Positions 8,973 to 17,996 of a DNA stretch of 64,000 nucleotides are shown in pieces. The notes beneath the pieces are model-generated. The model saw nothing but the letters and a program-made list of their open reading frames with translations, was not told the origin of the DNA and made no database searches. The position numbers and the translations under genes are program-made. Origin of the DNA: a bacterium (GTDB taxonomy: Bacteria > Myxococcota_A > UBA9160 > SZUA-336); assembly GCA_041498295.1 (NCBI GenBank), contig JBGQIB010000001.1:2428-66427 (forward strand), given 5' to 3'. The stretch's first letter is position 1, and the number at the start of each line of letters is the position of its first letter.

Positions 8973-9080
8973 CTACTCGCGTTCGAGCAGCACCGCGGCG
9001 AACCCGAAGATCACCGGCAGGAATAGGATGCCCAACGTGGCGGCGAACAGGTACATGAGATCGAACGAATTCGGCTGCAT
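8973..9080 (-). CDS. Unannotated small ORF: 35-aa hydrophobic single-TM peptide MQPNSFDLMYLFAATLGILFLPVIFGFAAVLLERE, 21 nt downstream of korB.
   Basis: ATG preceded by GAGGAG at -10. Below the ORF-track length cutoff. Codon usage GC3-rich like its neighbours. Confidence 0.4.
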   Translation of the reverse strand: MQPNSFDLMYLFAATLGILFLPVIFGFAAVLLERE

Positions 9081-9101
9081 CGCGACGGATCTCCTCGGGT
9101 C

Positions 9102-10136
9102 CTAGACGTCCCAGCGGTCGCCTGCGTACAGAAGCTCTTTCAGCGAGCCCTCGCCGCGCGCCGCGATCTGCGCTCGATTCTGCGCGAGCGTCTGGTCTTC
9201 GAAGGTCGGCTCGGACACGGCGCGCAGAACACCGAGCGGTGTCGGGAACTCCGGCGGCGTGCAGCGCGCGAGCAGGAGCGCGAGACCGGGATCCGCGCTC
9301 GCCTCGTCGTGCATGATCTCGACGCCGCCGTCGGCCTCGCCGCGTTTCGCGACGTAGAGCCGCATGTGCGCCGCGTCGAGCTTCACTACCTGAGCGTCGT
9401 CTTTCCCGAAGACGAGCGGCTTGCCTTGCTCGATGAAGAGCAGGTGATCCGACTTCGTCTTTCGGTCCTTCAGCTCGTCGAAGACGCCGTCGTTGAACAC
9501 CGGACAGTTCTGGTAGATCTCGAGCAGCGCGGTGCCCTTGTGCGCGGCCATGCGCGAGATCATCTCCTGCAGGTGTTGCGTCTCCGTGTCGACCGCGCGC
9601 GCGACGAATGTGGCTTCGGCGCCGAGCGCCAGGGACAGCGTGCGGAACGGCCGCGCCACCGAGCCAGCCGGCGAGCTCTTCGTCTTCATGCCGACTTCCG
9701 ACGTGGGCGAGAACTGGCCCTTGGTGAGTCCGTACACCCGGTTGTTGAAGAGCAGGATCTTCAGGTCGACGTTGCGGCGCAGCGCGTGAATCAGATGATT
9801 GCCGCCGATCGAGAGCGCGTCGCCGTCGCCGGTCACCACCCAGACGCTGAGCTCCGGGCGCGCGAGCTTCAGGCCGGTCGCGATCGCGGGCGCGCGCCCG
9901 TGGATCGTGTGGAAGCCGAAGGTGTCCATGTAGTACGGGAAGCGCGAGCTGCAGCCGATGCCGGAGATGAAGACGATCTTCTCCTTCGGGATGCCGAGCT
10001 CGGGCATCACCTTCTGCATCTGCGCGAGGATCGCGTAGTCACCGCAGCCCGGGCACCAGCGCACCGCTTGGTCGGTCTCGAAATCCTTCTTCGTGAGCTT
10101 CTTGGGCTCGCCGCCGTTCGAGATCAGCTGACTCAC
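9102..10136 (-). CDS. korB: 2-oxoglutarate:ferredoxin oxidoreductase beta subunit (TPP-binding).
   Basis: CPGCGDYAI, GIGCSSR, GDGDALSIGGNH motifs. GTG start overlapping the korA stop (GTGA). ORF-track N-terminal extension rejected. Confidence 0.9.
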   Translation of the reverse strand: MSQLISNGGEPKKLTKKDFETDQAVRWCPGCGDYAILAQMQKVMPELGIPKEKIVFISGIGCSSRFPYYMDTFGFHTIHGRAPAIATGLKLARPELSVWVVTGDGDALSIGGNHLIHALRRNVDLKILLFNNRVYGLTKGQFSPTSEVGMKTKSSPAGSVARPFRTLSLALGAEATFVARAVDTETQHLQEMISRMAAHKGTALLEIYQNCPVFNDGVFDELKDRKTKSDHLLFIEQGKPLVFGKDDAQVVKLDAAHMRLYVAKRGEADGGVEIMHDEASADPGLALLLARCTPPEFPTPLGVLRAVSEPTFEDQTLAQNRAQIAARGEGSLKELLYAGDRWDV

Positions 10137-12037
10137 GAGTGCAACCCCTCTCGCGCGCCAATCGACGGCGCGAGCAACTTGCGCACCGCCTCTACGACCT
10201 CGCGCACCTTGAACGGCTTGCCCTGGATCTTGTTCAGGCCCCGAGCGTCGACGAGGAACTTGTCGCGCAGGATCGAGCGCAGCTGGCCGCGGTTCAGCTC
10301 CGCGACGACCACGCGCCGGTAGCGGCGCAGCAGCTCGCCGACGTTCGACTGCAGCGGGTTCAGGTAGCGCAGGTGCAGATGACCGACGGCGTGTCCCTCG
10401 CTGCGCAGCTGCAAGGTCGCCTGGCGCAGCGAACCGTACGTCCCGCCCCAGCCGACCACGAGCACGTCGCCCTGCGGCGGTCCGTCGATCTCCGCGGGCG
10501 GAAGTCGGTCCGCGATGCGGTCGATCTTCGCCTGGCGCGTCCGCACCATGTGCTCGTGGTTCTCCGGGTCGTACGAGATGTTCCCGGTGACGTCTTCCTT
10601 CTCGATCCCGCCGATACGGTGCTCGACGCCCGGCGTTCCGGGAATCGCCCAGGGCCGAACCAAGCGCGCGTCCCGCAGAAACGGCGCGAAGCTCTCCGGG
10701 TCGGTGCGGAACGACACATGAATCGGCTCGAGGTCGTCGGGATCCGGGAGCTGCCACGGCTCGGCGCCATTCGCGAGCGAGCCGTCGGACAGATACGCGA
10801 CCGGGCACATGTGCTCGATCGCGAGCCGCACGGCCTCGATCGCCATGTCGAAACACTCGGCGGGGGTCGCGGGCGCGACGACGGCGATCGGGCTCTCACC
10901 GTTGCGGCCGACGATCGCCTGCAAGAGATCCGCTTGCTCGGTCTTCGTCGGCATGCCGGTCGAAGGGCCCGCGCGCTGCACGTTCACCACGACGAGCGGA
11001 AGCTCGACGGCGACGGCGAGGCCGATGCCCTCCTGCTTCAGCGCGAAGCCGGGTCCGGACGTGCCCGTGACTCCGATGGCGCCGCCGAACGCCGCGCCGA
11101 TGGCCGCACCGACGGCGGCGATCTCGTCCTCCGCCTGGAACGTCGTCGCGCCGAAGCGCGCGTAGCCGGCCAGGTTGTGCAGCACGTCGGAAGCCGGCGT
11201 GATCGGGTAGCTCGCATACACGAGCGGCAGGCCGGCGAGCTTCGCGGCCGTCACGAGTCCGAGCGCGGTGGCCTCGTTGCCGGTGATGTTTCGGTAATGG
11301 CCGCCCTCGAGCCGCGCGGGCGGAACCTCGTAGCGCGCGTCGAACAGCTCGAGCGTCTCGCCGAGGTGATAGCCGGCCTGAAACACCTTGATGTTGGCGT
11401 CCGCGAGCTCCTGGCTCTTGGCGAACTTCTTCTGGATCGACGCGAGCTCCGGCACCGGATCACGCCCGTAGAGCCAGAACAAGAGCCCGAGCGCGAAGAA
11501 GTTCTGCGTGCGCGCGATCTCGCGGCTCGACATGCCCGTGCCCGCGAGCGCCGTCGTGACGTGTTTGCTGAAGTCGATCGGGACCAGGCGGTACTTCGCG
11601 AGGCTGCCGTCCTCGAGCGGGTTCTTCTCGTAACCGGCGAGCTCCAGGTTCTTCGCCTTGAACGCGCCGGTGTTCAGGATCAGCAAACCGCCCGGCTCGA
11701 GATCCTCGAGGTTCGTGCGCAGCGCGGCCGGGTTCATCGCGACCAGAACCTCGGGTGCGTCGCCGGCCGTGAAGATCTCGTTCGACGAGAACTGGAGCTG
11801 GAAGCCCGAGACGCCCGCCAAGCTGCCCGCAGGCGCGCGGATCTCCGCCGGAAAGTCCGGGAACGTCGCGATGTCGTTCCCGTAGAGCGCCGCGGTGCGC
11901 GTGAACTCGGTGCCGGTCAGCTGCATGCCGTCGCCGGAATCGCCTGCGAATCGGATGACCACCGAATCGAGGCGCCGTGTGTGGCCAGGGGAACTTGCGT
12001 TCGAAGACCCGTCCGAATGCCCGTCGTCTTGTGCCAT
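10133..12037 (-). CDS. korA: 2-oxoglutarate:ferredoxin oxidoreductase alpha subunit.
   Basis: Pyruvate/2-oxoacid:ferredoxin oxidoreductase alpha-type sequence. Start set at the internal ATG (MAQDDG), residue 61 of the ORF. Confidence 0.88.
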   Translation of the reverse strand: MAQDDGHSDGSSNASSPGHTRRLDSVVIRFAGDSGDGMQLTGTEFTRTAALYGNDIATFPDFPAEIRAPAGSLAGVSGFQLQFSSNEIFTAGDAPEVLVAMNPAALRTNLEDLEPGGLLILNTGAFKAKNLELAGYEKNPLEDGSLAKYRLVPIDFSKHVTTALAGTGMSSREIARTQNFFALGLLFWLYGRDPVPELASIQKKFAKSQELADANIKVFQAGYHLGETLELFDARYEVPPARLEGGHYRNITGNEATALGLVTAAKLAGLPLVYASYPITPASDVLHNLAGYARFGATTFQAEDEIAAVGAAIGAAFGGAIGVTGTSGPGFALKQEGIGLAVAVELPLVVVNVQRAGPSTGMPTKTEQADLLQAIVGRNGESPIAVVAPATPAECFDMAIEAVRLAIEHMCPVAYLSDGSLANGAEPWQLPDPDDLEPIHVSFRTDPESFAPFLRDARLVRPWAIPGTPGVEHRIGGIEKEDVTGNISYDPENHEHMVRTRQAKIDRIADRLPPAEIDGPPQGDVLVVGWGGTYGSLRQATLQLRSEGHAVGHLHLRYLNPLQSNVGELLRRYRRVVVAELNRGQLRSILRDKFLVDARGLNKIQGKPFKVREVVEAVRKLLAPSIGAREGLHS

Positions 12038-12200
12038 TACCTCTGTGTCGTTCTCCGAGCCGCGGATGAGGCGCCGCTGGAGAGTCCCTGGGGCGGGGTC
12101 GTGATGATTACGCGCACGGGGCCCTCCCACAACAGGCCAGCCTCGTGTGTGACGTACGCCGTGCTCCCCTCCTTGAGCCCCTCTGCCCCGGGCGTGTAGA

Positions 12201-13397
12201 TTGCCGCCGCGAGCCAATCAAGGGGGTCACCACGTGCGTGAAGTTTACATCGTCGAGGCAGTGCGAAGTCCAATCGGCCGGCGTGCCGGAGGCCTGTCGG
12301 GAATGCATCCCGCCGACCTGCTCGGGACGGTCCAGAAGGCGGCTCTAGACCGCAGCGGCGTGCCGGCCGAGGCGATCGGCCAGGTCATCGGCGGCTGCGT
12401 CTCACAGGTCGGCGAGCAGACCTTCAACATCGCGCGCCTCGCGTGGCTTTCGAAGGGCCTGCCGATGGACGTGGCCTCGACGACGGTCGACTCACAGTGC
12501 GGCTCGAGCCAGCAGGCAACGACGCTCGCGGCGGGACTCGTGGGCTCCGGCCTCGAGGACGTCGTGCTCGCGTGCGGCTTGGAGATGATGAGCCGCGTGC
12601 CGCTCGGCGCCGCCATGAAGGGCGGCTCGCCGATCTCCAAGAGTTACATGGAGCACTACCAGCCCACGTCGCAGTTCGCGGGCGCGGAGATGATCGCCAA
12701 CGAGTACGGCATCACGCGCGCAGACGTCGACCGCTTCGGCCTGCGCAGTCAGGAGCTCGCCGCCCGCGCGTGGGAAGAGAAGCGCTACGAGCGCGAAGTG
12801 ATTCCCGTTTCGGCGCCCGGCATGGACAAGGAAGGCAAGTCGACTGGCGAGATCGTGCGCGTCGAGCGCGACGAGGGCCTGCGCAAGACCTCCCTCGAGA
12901 AGCTCGCGGCGCTGCAGCCCGTGCCTGGCCAGAACCTCCACACCGCGGGCACGTCGTCGCAAGTGAGTGACGGCGCGTCCGCGCTGATCCTCGCGTCCGC
13001 GGACGCCGCGAAGCGCCTCGGCATCAAGCCGCGCGCGCGCATCGTCGATTCCGTGCTCGTCGGCTGTGACCCAGTCACGATGCTGAAGGGCCCGATTCCG
13101 GCCACCCGCAAGGTGCTCGGGCGCGCAGGGCTCAGGATCGAGGACATGGACGTGTGCGAAGTGAACGAAGCGTTCGCCTCGGTCGTGCTCGCCTGGATGA
13201 AGGAGTGCAAGGCGATCGAGTCACGCGTGAACCCGAACGGCGGCGCGATCGCGCTCGGTCACCCGACGGGCTGCACCGGGGCGCGCCTGATCACGACGGC
13301 GCTGCACGAGCTGGAGCGAACGGGCGGGCGCTACGCGTTGATCTCGATGTGCTGCGGTGGTGGATTGGGAACCGGAACGATCATCGAGCGGCTGTAG
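12201..13397 (+). CDS. Acetyl-CoA C-acetyltransferase (thiolase). True start may be the GTG at 12234.
   Basis: VREVYIVEAVRSPIGRRAGG, catalytic Cys region (DSQCGSSQQA), C-terminal CCGGGLG/GHP motifs. Confidence 0.9.
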   Translation: MPPRANQGGHHVREVYIVEAVRSPIGRRAGGLSGMHPADLLGTVQKAALDRSGVPAEAIGQVIGGCVSQVGEQTFNIARLAWLSKGLPMDVASTTVDSQCGSSQQATTLAAGLVGSGLEDVVLACGLEMMSRVPLGAAMKGGSPISKSYMEHYQPTSQFAGAEMIANEYGITRADVDRFGLRSQELAARAWEEKRYEREVIPVSAPGMDKEGKSTGEIVRVERDEGLRKTSLEKLAALQPVPGQNLHTAGTSSQVSDGASALILASADAAKRLGIKPRARIVDSVLVGCDPVTMLKGPIPATRKVLGRAGLRIEDMDVCEVNEAFASVVLAWMKECKAIESRVNPNGGAIALGHPTGCTGARLITTALHELERTGGRYALISMCCGGGLGTGTIIERL

Positions 13398-13556
13398 CAT
13401 CGAGGTGACTCGCCGCCCGTGCGGCGGCCGGTGCCTCCTCGCGGGTACCCTTCTCGCTCGCGGACTCGCTGCGAAACCCACTCGTCGGCATCCGGCCTCC
13501 GCACGAGCTCCGCTTTCAGGATCCTGTGGCGCCGCGCGCGGTGACGCGAGCTCTCG
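13398..13556. repeat. Local repeat copy A, ~160 nt, beginning immediately after the thiolase stop with GTGACTCGCCGCCCGTGCGG.
   Basis: Shares >85% identical segments with 14344-14430 (direct, with a ~60-nt internal deletion) and 14505-14550 (inverted). Confidence 0.6.
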
Positions 13557-14273
13557 CGAGGAGGCCGGCCACGAGCAGGAGAACGACCCAGGAGAAGCTC
13601 GCGGGCTCAGGGATCGGTCGGCTCGAGAACGAGGTCACGTTGCCTCCGAGTGACCAGATGCCCAGCGTCTCGTTCGTGGCGAACATGTTGAACTGGGCCG
13701 AGGTCCACGGCGGCGTCCCGGGATTCACCTGCGATGGGAATGCGTCGGAATCGAGGGCGGCGGGGGTCAGGCCCAGGAGCAGATCCTGAAAGAAGAGGCT
13801 CGCGTGGATCCGGTCGGTCGCCAAGGCCGGCGTGTACCAGTACCGGTCACTCGCAAAGCTCAGAAAGTCGCGCACCTGGTCGGGTGGCGGCGGGGGCGCG
13901 GGCGGTGGACCGACGTCGGGTCCGGGCGGGATGTGCTCGTCGTTCCTGACGGTCAGCTGCGTGCCGTCGGTCCACGTGTGCGTCTCCGGCCCGCCGAAGC
14001 TCACCGTCATGGACTCGAGCGTATAGATTCCGAGCGACTCAGCCGCGCTGTCCGAGCAGCCCCCCCCGCACTGGTCGGGAACGCCCTCGTCGAAGACGAA
14101 TACACATCCCCATTCTGAACCGACGCGAACACCGGCGCCGGAGGCGCATCCTGGGTCGTCTCGACCGCGAGGGCGGTTCCGCCGAACGTGAATTCGACGC
14201 GTGCGGCCCGCGCGGCGGACGAGACACTGACTGCCGTCGCGAAGACGGATTCCCTCCGCCGCGATACTGGCAC
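13516..14273 (-). pseudogene. PEP-CTERM surface protein gene split by a +1/-2 frameshift at a C8 (G8 on the coding strand) homopolymer at 14060-14067. Possibly phase-variable.
   Basis: Upstream frame (GTG ~14273 to stop 14007) encodes signal peptide MPVSRRRESVFATAVSVSSAARAA plus a VEFTFGGTALAVETTQ motif. Downstream ORF 13516-14010 encodes paralogous TVSFGGPETHTWTDGTQ and C-terminal IPEPASFSWVVLLLVAGLLARAR. One extra G would fuse the frames. Confidence 0.5.
14060..14067. repeat. Homopolymeric C8/G8 tract inside the disrupted PEP-CTERM gene.
   Basis: cagcccccccgcactgg. Confidence 0.8.
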
Positions 14274-14343
14274 AAGGCGATCCGCGGCTACAAGGAAAAC
14301 GTCAGTGAGTGCGGCCGGAGAGTCATGGCTGTCTCTGATCGGG

Positions 14344-14430
14344 GTGACTCGCCGCCCGTGCGGGGGCGGGCGCCTCCGCACGGGCTGCATTTCTCGGATC
14401 CTGTCGCGCCGCGCGGGTGACGCCAATGCC
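14344..14430. repeat. Local repeat copy B (direct, internally deleted relative to copy A).
   Basis: gtgactcgccgcccgtgcgggggcgggcgcctccgcacgggctgcatttctcggatcctgtcgcgccgcgcgggtgacgcc. Confidence 0.55.
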
Positions 14431-14504
14431 AGCAAGATGCTCTTACACTAAAAGATAGTGGAAGAACGACTCACTGCTCGAATCAGCGAAAGGCCGGCGC
14501 TTCG

Positions 14505-14550
14505 GCGGGACGCGGACGAGTGGGTTTCGCAGCGAGTCCGCGAGCGAGAA
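14505..14550. repeat. Local repeat copy C (inverted), matching the segment deleted from copy B.
   Basis: Its reverse complement contains cccttctcgctcgcggactcgctgcgaaacccactcgtc, identical to 13451-13489. Confidence 0.55.
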
Positions 14551-14606
14551 GGGACCCACGAGTCGGCGCCCGCCGAAGCGCCGGCCGCTGCGATCCGATC
14601 CGTGCG

Positions 14607-15083
14607 CTACGGCTTGGCGTCGGGCGCGGACGCGGGCACACCGAACGACGCGTGGTCGACGACGTACTGCCAGCCGGAGGACGTCTTCATGATCACTTCG
14701 GTCGCGCGTAGCGGCGTCGTCATCGGCTTTCCGTCGGGGCCCGGGCCCGTCGCGTTCCAATCGCCGAGCGCGGCGATCACGGTGTGCGTCGCGTCGACCC
14801 AGATCGCGCGATAGCCGACGAGCTCGAACTTCGGTCCGCCCTTCGCGCAGGTCTGCGCCACGATGTGGCGCAGCTCGGCCTTGTTCGCGGCCGACTGACC
14901 CGCGCCGGGATACACGACGCGCGCGTCGTCGCGGTACAGCGCGAGCACGGTGTTCACGTCGCCGGCGTCACACGCGGAAGCGAATTTCTCGCCCACGGTG
15001 CGCGCGATCGCCGACGGGTCGTCGGCGGCGGCCGCCGCGGAAGCGGCTACACAGAAAAGTGCTGCAAGGATCGCTCGCTTCAT
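14607..15083 (-). CDS. Secreted SnoaL-like/DUF4440-like (NTF2-fold) protein.
   Basis: Signal peptide MKRAILAALFCVAASAAAA. ATG overlaps the stop of the upstream acyl-CoA synthetase gene (ATGA). Arg-rich N-terminal ORF extension rejected. Confidence 0.6.
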   Translation of the reverse strand: MKRAILAALFCVAASAAAAADDPSAIARTVGEKFASACDAGDVNTVLALYRDDARVVYPGAGQSAANKAELRHIVAQTCAKGGPKFELVGYRAIWVDATHTVIAALGDWNATGPGPDGKPMTTPLRATEVIMKTSSGWQYVVDHASFGVPASAPDAKP

Positions 15084-16696
15084 TTGTACTCTCCCGCGGC
15101 GAACTGCTGCGCCGACTTGTAGTCCGCCTTGCCGTTCGGCGCGCGAAACATGGCCGGCACCGCGAGGACGCGCTTCGGCACCTTGTAGCCCGCGAGCCGC
15201 TCCTTCACGTGCGCACGGAGCTTCTCCTCGTCGGTCACCGCGCCGCCGCGCAGCTGCACGACGCCCACGACCGCGTTGCCCCAGCGGTCGTCGGGCACGC
15301 CGACCACGAGCGCGTCCTCGACGTCGGGATGCGTCTTCAGCGCCTCCTCGACCTCCTCGGGGTAGATCTTCTCGCCGGCGGAGTTGATGCACGCGCTACC
15401 GCGCCCGAGCAAGGTCAGCGTTCCGTCCGCCTCGACGATGCACCAGTCACCCGGGATCGAGTAGCGCACGCCGTTGATCGTCGGAAACGTCTTCGCGGTC
15501 TTCTCGGGGTCCTTGTAGTAGCCGACGGGGATCGGGCCGCTGCGCGCGACGAAGCCCTTCTCGCCGCTTCCGGGAGTCACTTCGCGGTGATCCTCGCTGA
15601 ACACCTTGCAGCGATCGCCGATCGTGAACTTCGCGGTGCGCGCTTCGCCGGCCGCCGACATCACCGAGACGCCGAAGCCCACGGCTTCGGACGAGCCGAA
15701 CGAGTCGGTGAGCAGCATGCCCGGGTGATGCCGCAGGAGGCCCTTCTTCACCTCGGTGCTCCACATGACCCCGGACGAGACGATCAGCTTCACCGACGAC
15801 AGGTCCCAGCGACCCGGGTTTTCGTCGAGCGCGTTCAGCATCGGCTTCGCGAACGCGTCGCCGACGATCACGAGTGAGTTGGCCTGTTGACGCTGAACGG
15901 TGTCGAACAGCTCTTCGCAATCGAATTTGCTTCCCGCGAGCGTGATCACGCAGCCGCCGGCGATCATCGTGCCGATCGCCGTGAACAGCCCCGTGCCGTG
16001 CATCAGCGGGCAGCACGGGATTTGGCGCGTCGTCGAGCCGGCCTTCCGCGCGTTCGCGACATGCTGTTCGAGCGTGGCCGGCGCGACTCCGCCGTTCGCG
16101 GGCGCATTCGCGCCCGCGCCCAGCGCGTGCCAGAGATCGTTCGCGGTCCACATCACGCCCTTGGGCATGCCGGTGGTGCCGCCGGTGTAGAGGAAGAGCA
16201 TGTCCTCGCCACTGCGGCGGATGCCGAGCGGGCGACCGTCGCCGCTGGTCGCGAGGGTCTCGTAGGACTCACCGAGCTGCGGGCCGTCGCCGACCCGGAT
16301 CCAGGCGGCGACGCGCGGCAGGCGCGGGCGCAGCAGCTCGACCCTTTCCGCGAACTCGGCGTCGAACAGCACCACCTTCGCATCCGAGTTGTCGAGGATG
16401 TAGCGGAGCTCCTCGTCCAGATAGCGGTAGTTCACGTTCACCTGGACGAGCCGCGCCTTGAAGCAGGCGGCGAGCGCCTCGGTGTACTCGGGTCGGTTGC
16501 GCAGGTAGAACGCGACCTTGTCGCCCGGCTCGGCGCCGCGCGCGAGCAGCGCCGCCGCGAGGTTGTTCGAGCGTCGCCCGAGCTCGCGCCACGTGACCGT
16601 GCGCTCGCCGTGGATCAGCGCCGGCGCGTCGCCCGGAAACGACGCGTCGAGCGCGTCGAGAATGTCACCGAAGTTCCAGTTTGGAGCCGTCGTCAT
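15080..16696 (-). CDS. AMP-dependent acyl-CoA synthetase/ligase.
   Basis: LYTGGTTGMPKGV AMP-binding motif, YGSSE-like and C-terminal lysine region. Start set at MTTAPNW, residue 64 of the ORF. Confidence 0.85.
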   Translation of the reverse strand: MTTAPNWNFGDILDALDASFPGDAPALIHGERTVTWRELGRRSNNLAAALLARGAEPGDKVAFYLRNRPEYTEALAACFKARLVQVNVNYRYLDEELRYILDNSDAKVVLFDAEFAERVELLRPRLPRVAAWIRVGDGPQLGESYETLATSGDGRPLGIRRSGEDMLFLYTGGTTGMPKGVMWTANDLWHALGAGANAPANGGVAPATLEQHVANARKAGSTTRQIPCCPLMHGTGLFTAIGTMIAGGCVITLAGSKFDCEELFDTVQRQQANSLVIVGDAFAKPMLNALDENPGRWDLSSVKLIVSSGVMWSTEVKKGLLRHHPGMLLTDSFGSSEAVGFGVSVMSAAGEARTAKFTIGDRCKVFSEDHREVTPGSGEKGFVARSGPIPVGYYKDPEKTAKTFPTINGVRYSIPGDWCIVEADGTLTLLGRGSACINSAGEKIYPEEVEEALKTHPDVEDALVVGVPDDRWGNAVVGVVQLRGGAVTDEEKLRAHVKERLAGYKVPKRVLAVPAMFRAPNGKADYKSAQQFAAGEYK

Positions 16697-16733
16697 GCGC
16701 GTCCCCTCCCGCGCGGCGCATGATACCCGAAAG

Positions 16734-17996
16734 ATGGAGGTGCGCTTCGTGACACGTAGAGCTGCGCTCGGGGTGCTTCTGGTTTGCGTGAGCTCGGCTT
16801 GCGCACACGCGCCGGTGGAGGATCTCGACACGCGCGCGCGGCGTGTGCACCGCGACGCGATCGTGCTCGACACGCACGCGGACACTACCCCGCGCTTTCA
16901 GTCGCCGGACTTCGATTTTGCCGCGCGGCACGACAAGTCGGACGTGCGCATCGATCTGCCGCGCGCGCGTGAGGGCGGCCTGGACGTGCAGTTCTGGTCG
17001 ATCTGGGTGGGCAAGGTCGAGGGCGACGGGCGCGCGATCCGCGAAGCGCTCGAGCGCATCGACGCAGTGTGGGAGATGGCGCGCCGCTATCCGAACGACG
17101 TCGTGGTGGCGACCGACGTCGCCTCGATCCGGCGCGGCGTCGCCGAGGGCAAGCTCGTCTCGCTGATGGGCGTGGAGGGCGGCCACATGATCGAGGACAA
17201 GCTCTCCATCCTGCGCGACTTCTACCGGCTCGGCGTCCGCTACATGACGCTCACGCACGCGTTCCACACGTCCTGGGCCGACTCGGCGGGCACGGGCCAG
17301 CCGCTGCCTCCCGGGAACGGCGGACTCACACCATTCGGTGTAGAGGTCGTGCACGAGATGAATCGCCTCGGGATGATGGTCGACGTCTCGCACGTCTCGG
17401 ACCAGACGTTCTGGGACGCGCTGAAGGCGTCGCGCGCGCCGGTGATCGCTTCGCACTCGTCGTGCCGAGCGATCTACGATCACCCGCGCAACCTCACCGA
17501 CGACATGCTGCGCGCGCTCGCCGAGAAGGGCGGCGTGGTGATGATCAACTACTACCCGGGCTACACGGATCCGGAAGCGGCGCCGCGCATCGCGGCGTGG
17601 TTCGCGCGCCATGCGACCGAGCTCGGCGCGCTGCGCGAAAAATACGGGACCGACATGCGCGCGCTCGGCGAGGCGATGAAGGCGATCGCCGCGTCGGACC
17701 CGGTTCCACAGGGCACGCTCGACCGCCTGCTCGACCACTTCGACCACGCGCTGCGCGTCGCCGGCGAGGACCACGTGGGCCTCGGCTCGGACTTCGACGG
17801 CGTCGCGAGCTTCCCGGTCGGCCTCGACGAGGTGAGTCTCTTGCCGAACCTGACCCGTGGCCTGCTCGCGCGCGGCTGGTCCGAGGAGGTCGTGAAGAAG
17901 GTCCTCGGCGAGAACCTGCTGCGCGCGATGCGCGAGGTCGAGCTCACGGCCGCGCGCATCAGCGCCGAACCCGCAGCACCCCCGAGCCCGCGATGA
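16734..17996 (+). CDS. Membrane dipeptidase (peptidase M19, renal-dipeptidase family), secreted or lipoprotein.
   Basis: HxD metal site (LDTHADT), GVEGGH, DVSH motifs. Signal peptide MEVRFVTRRAALGVLLVCVSSAC. Confidence 0.85.
   Translation: MEVRFVTRRAALGVLLVCVSSACAHAPVEDLDTRARRVHRDAIVLDTHADTTPRFQSPDFDFAARHDKSDVRIDLPRAREGGLDVQFWSIWVGKVEGDGRAIREALERIDAVWEMARRYPNDVVVATDVASIRRGVAEGKLVSLMGVEGGHMIEDKLSILRDFYRLGVRYMTLTHAFHTSWADSAGTGQPLPPGNGGLTPFGVEVVHEMNRLGMMVDVSHVSDQTFWDALKASRAPVIASHSSCRAIYDHPRNLTDDMLRALAEKGGVVMINYYPGYTDPEAAPRIAAWFARHATELGALREKYGTDMRALGEAMKAIAASDPVPQGTLDRLLDHFDHALRVAGEDHVGLGSDFDGVASFPVGLDEVSLLPNLTRGLLARGWSEEVVKKVLGENLLRAMREVELTAARISAEPAAPPSPR

Noticed and set aside
9102-16885. N-terminal extensions of track ORFs 9102-10856, 10133-12217, 14607-15392, 15080-16885, 16518-17996, 23133-24614, 27932-29587, 42017-43399, 48635-50548, 50582-52144 and 51481-53076.
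   Set aside because: The extensions are Arg/Pro-rich, overlap the upstream gene, and in several cases run through repeat elements. Starts were reset to internal ATG/GTG/TTG codons matching family N-termini and RBS positions.
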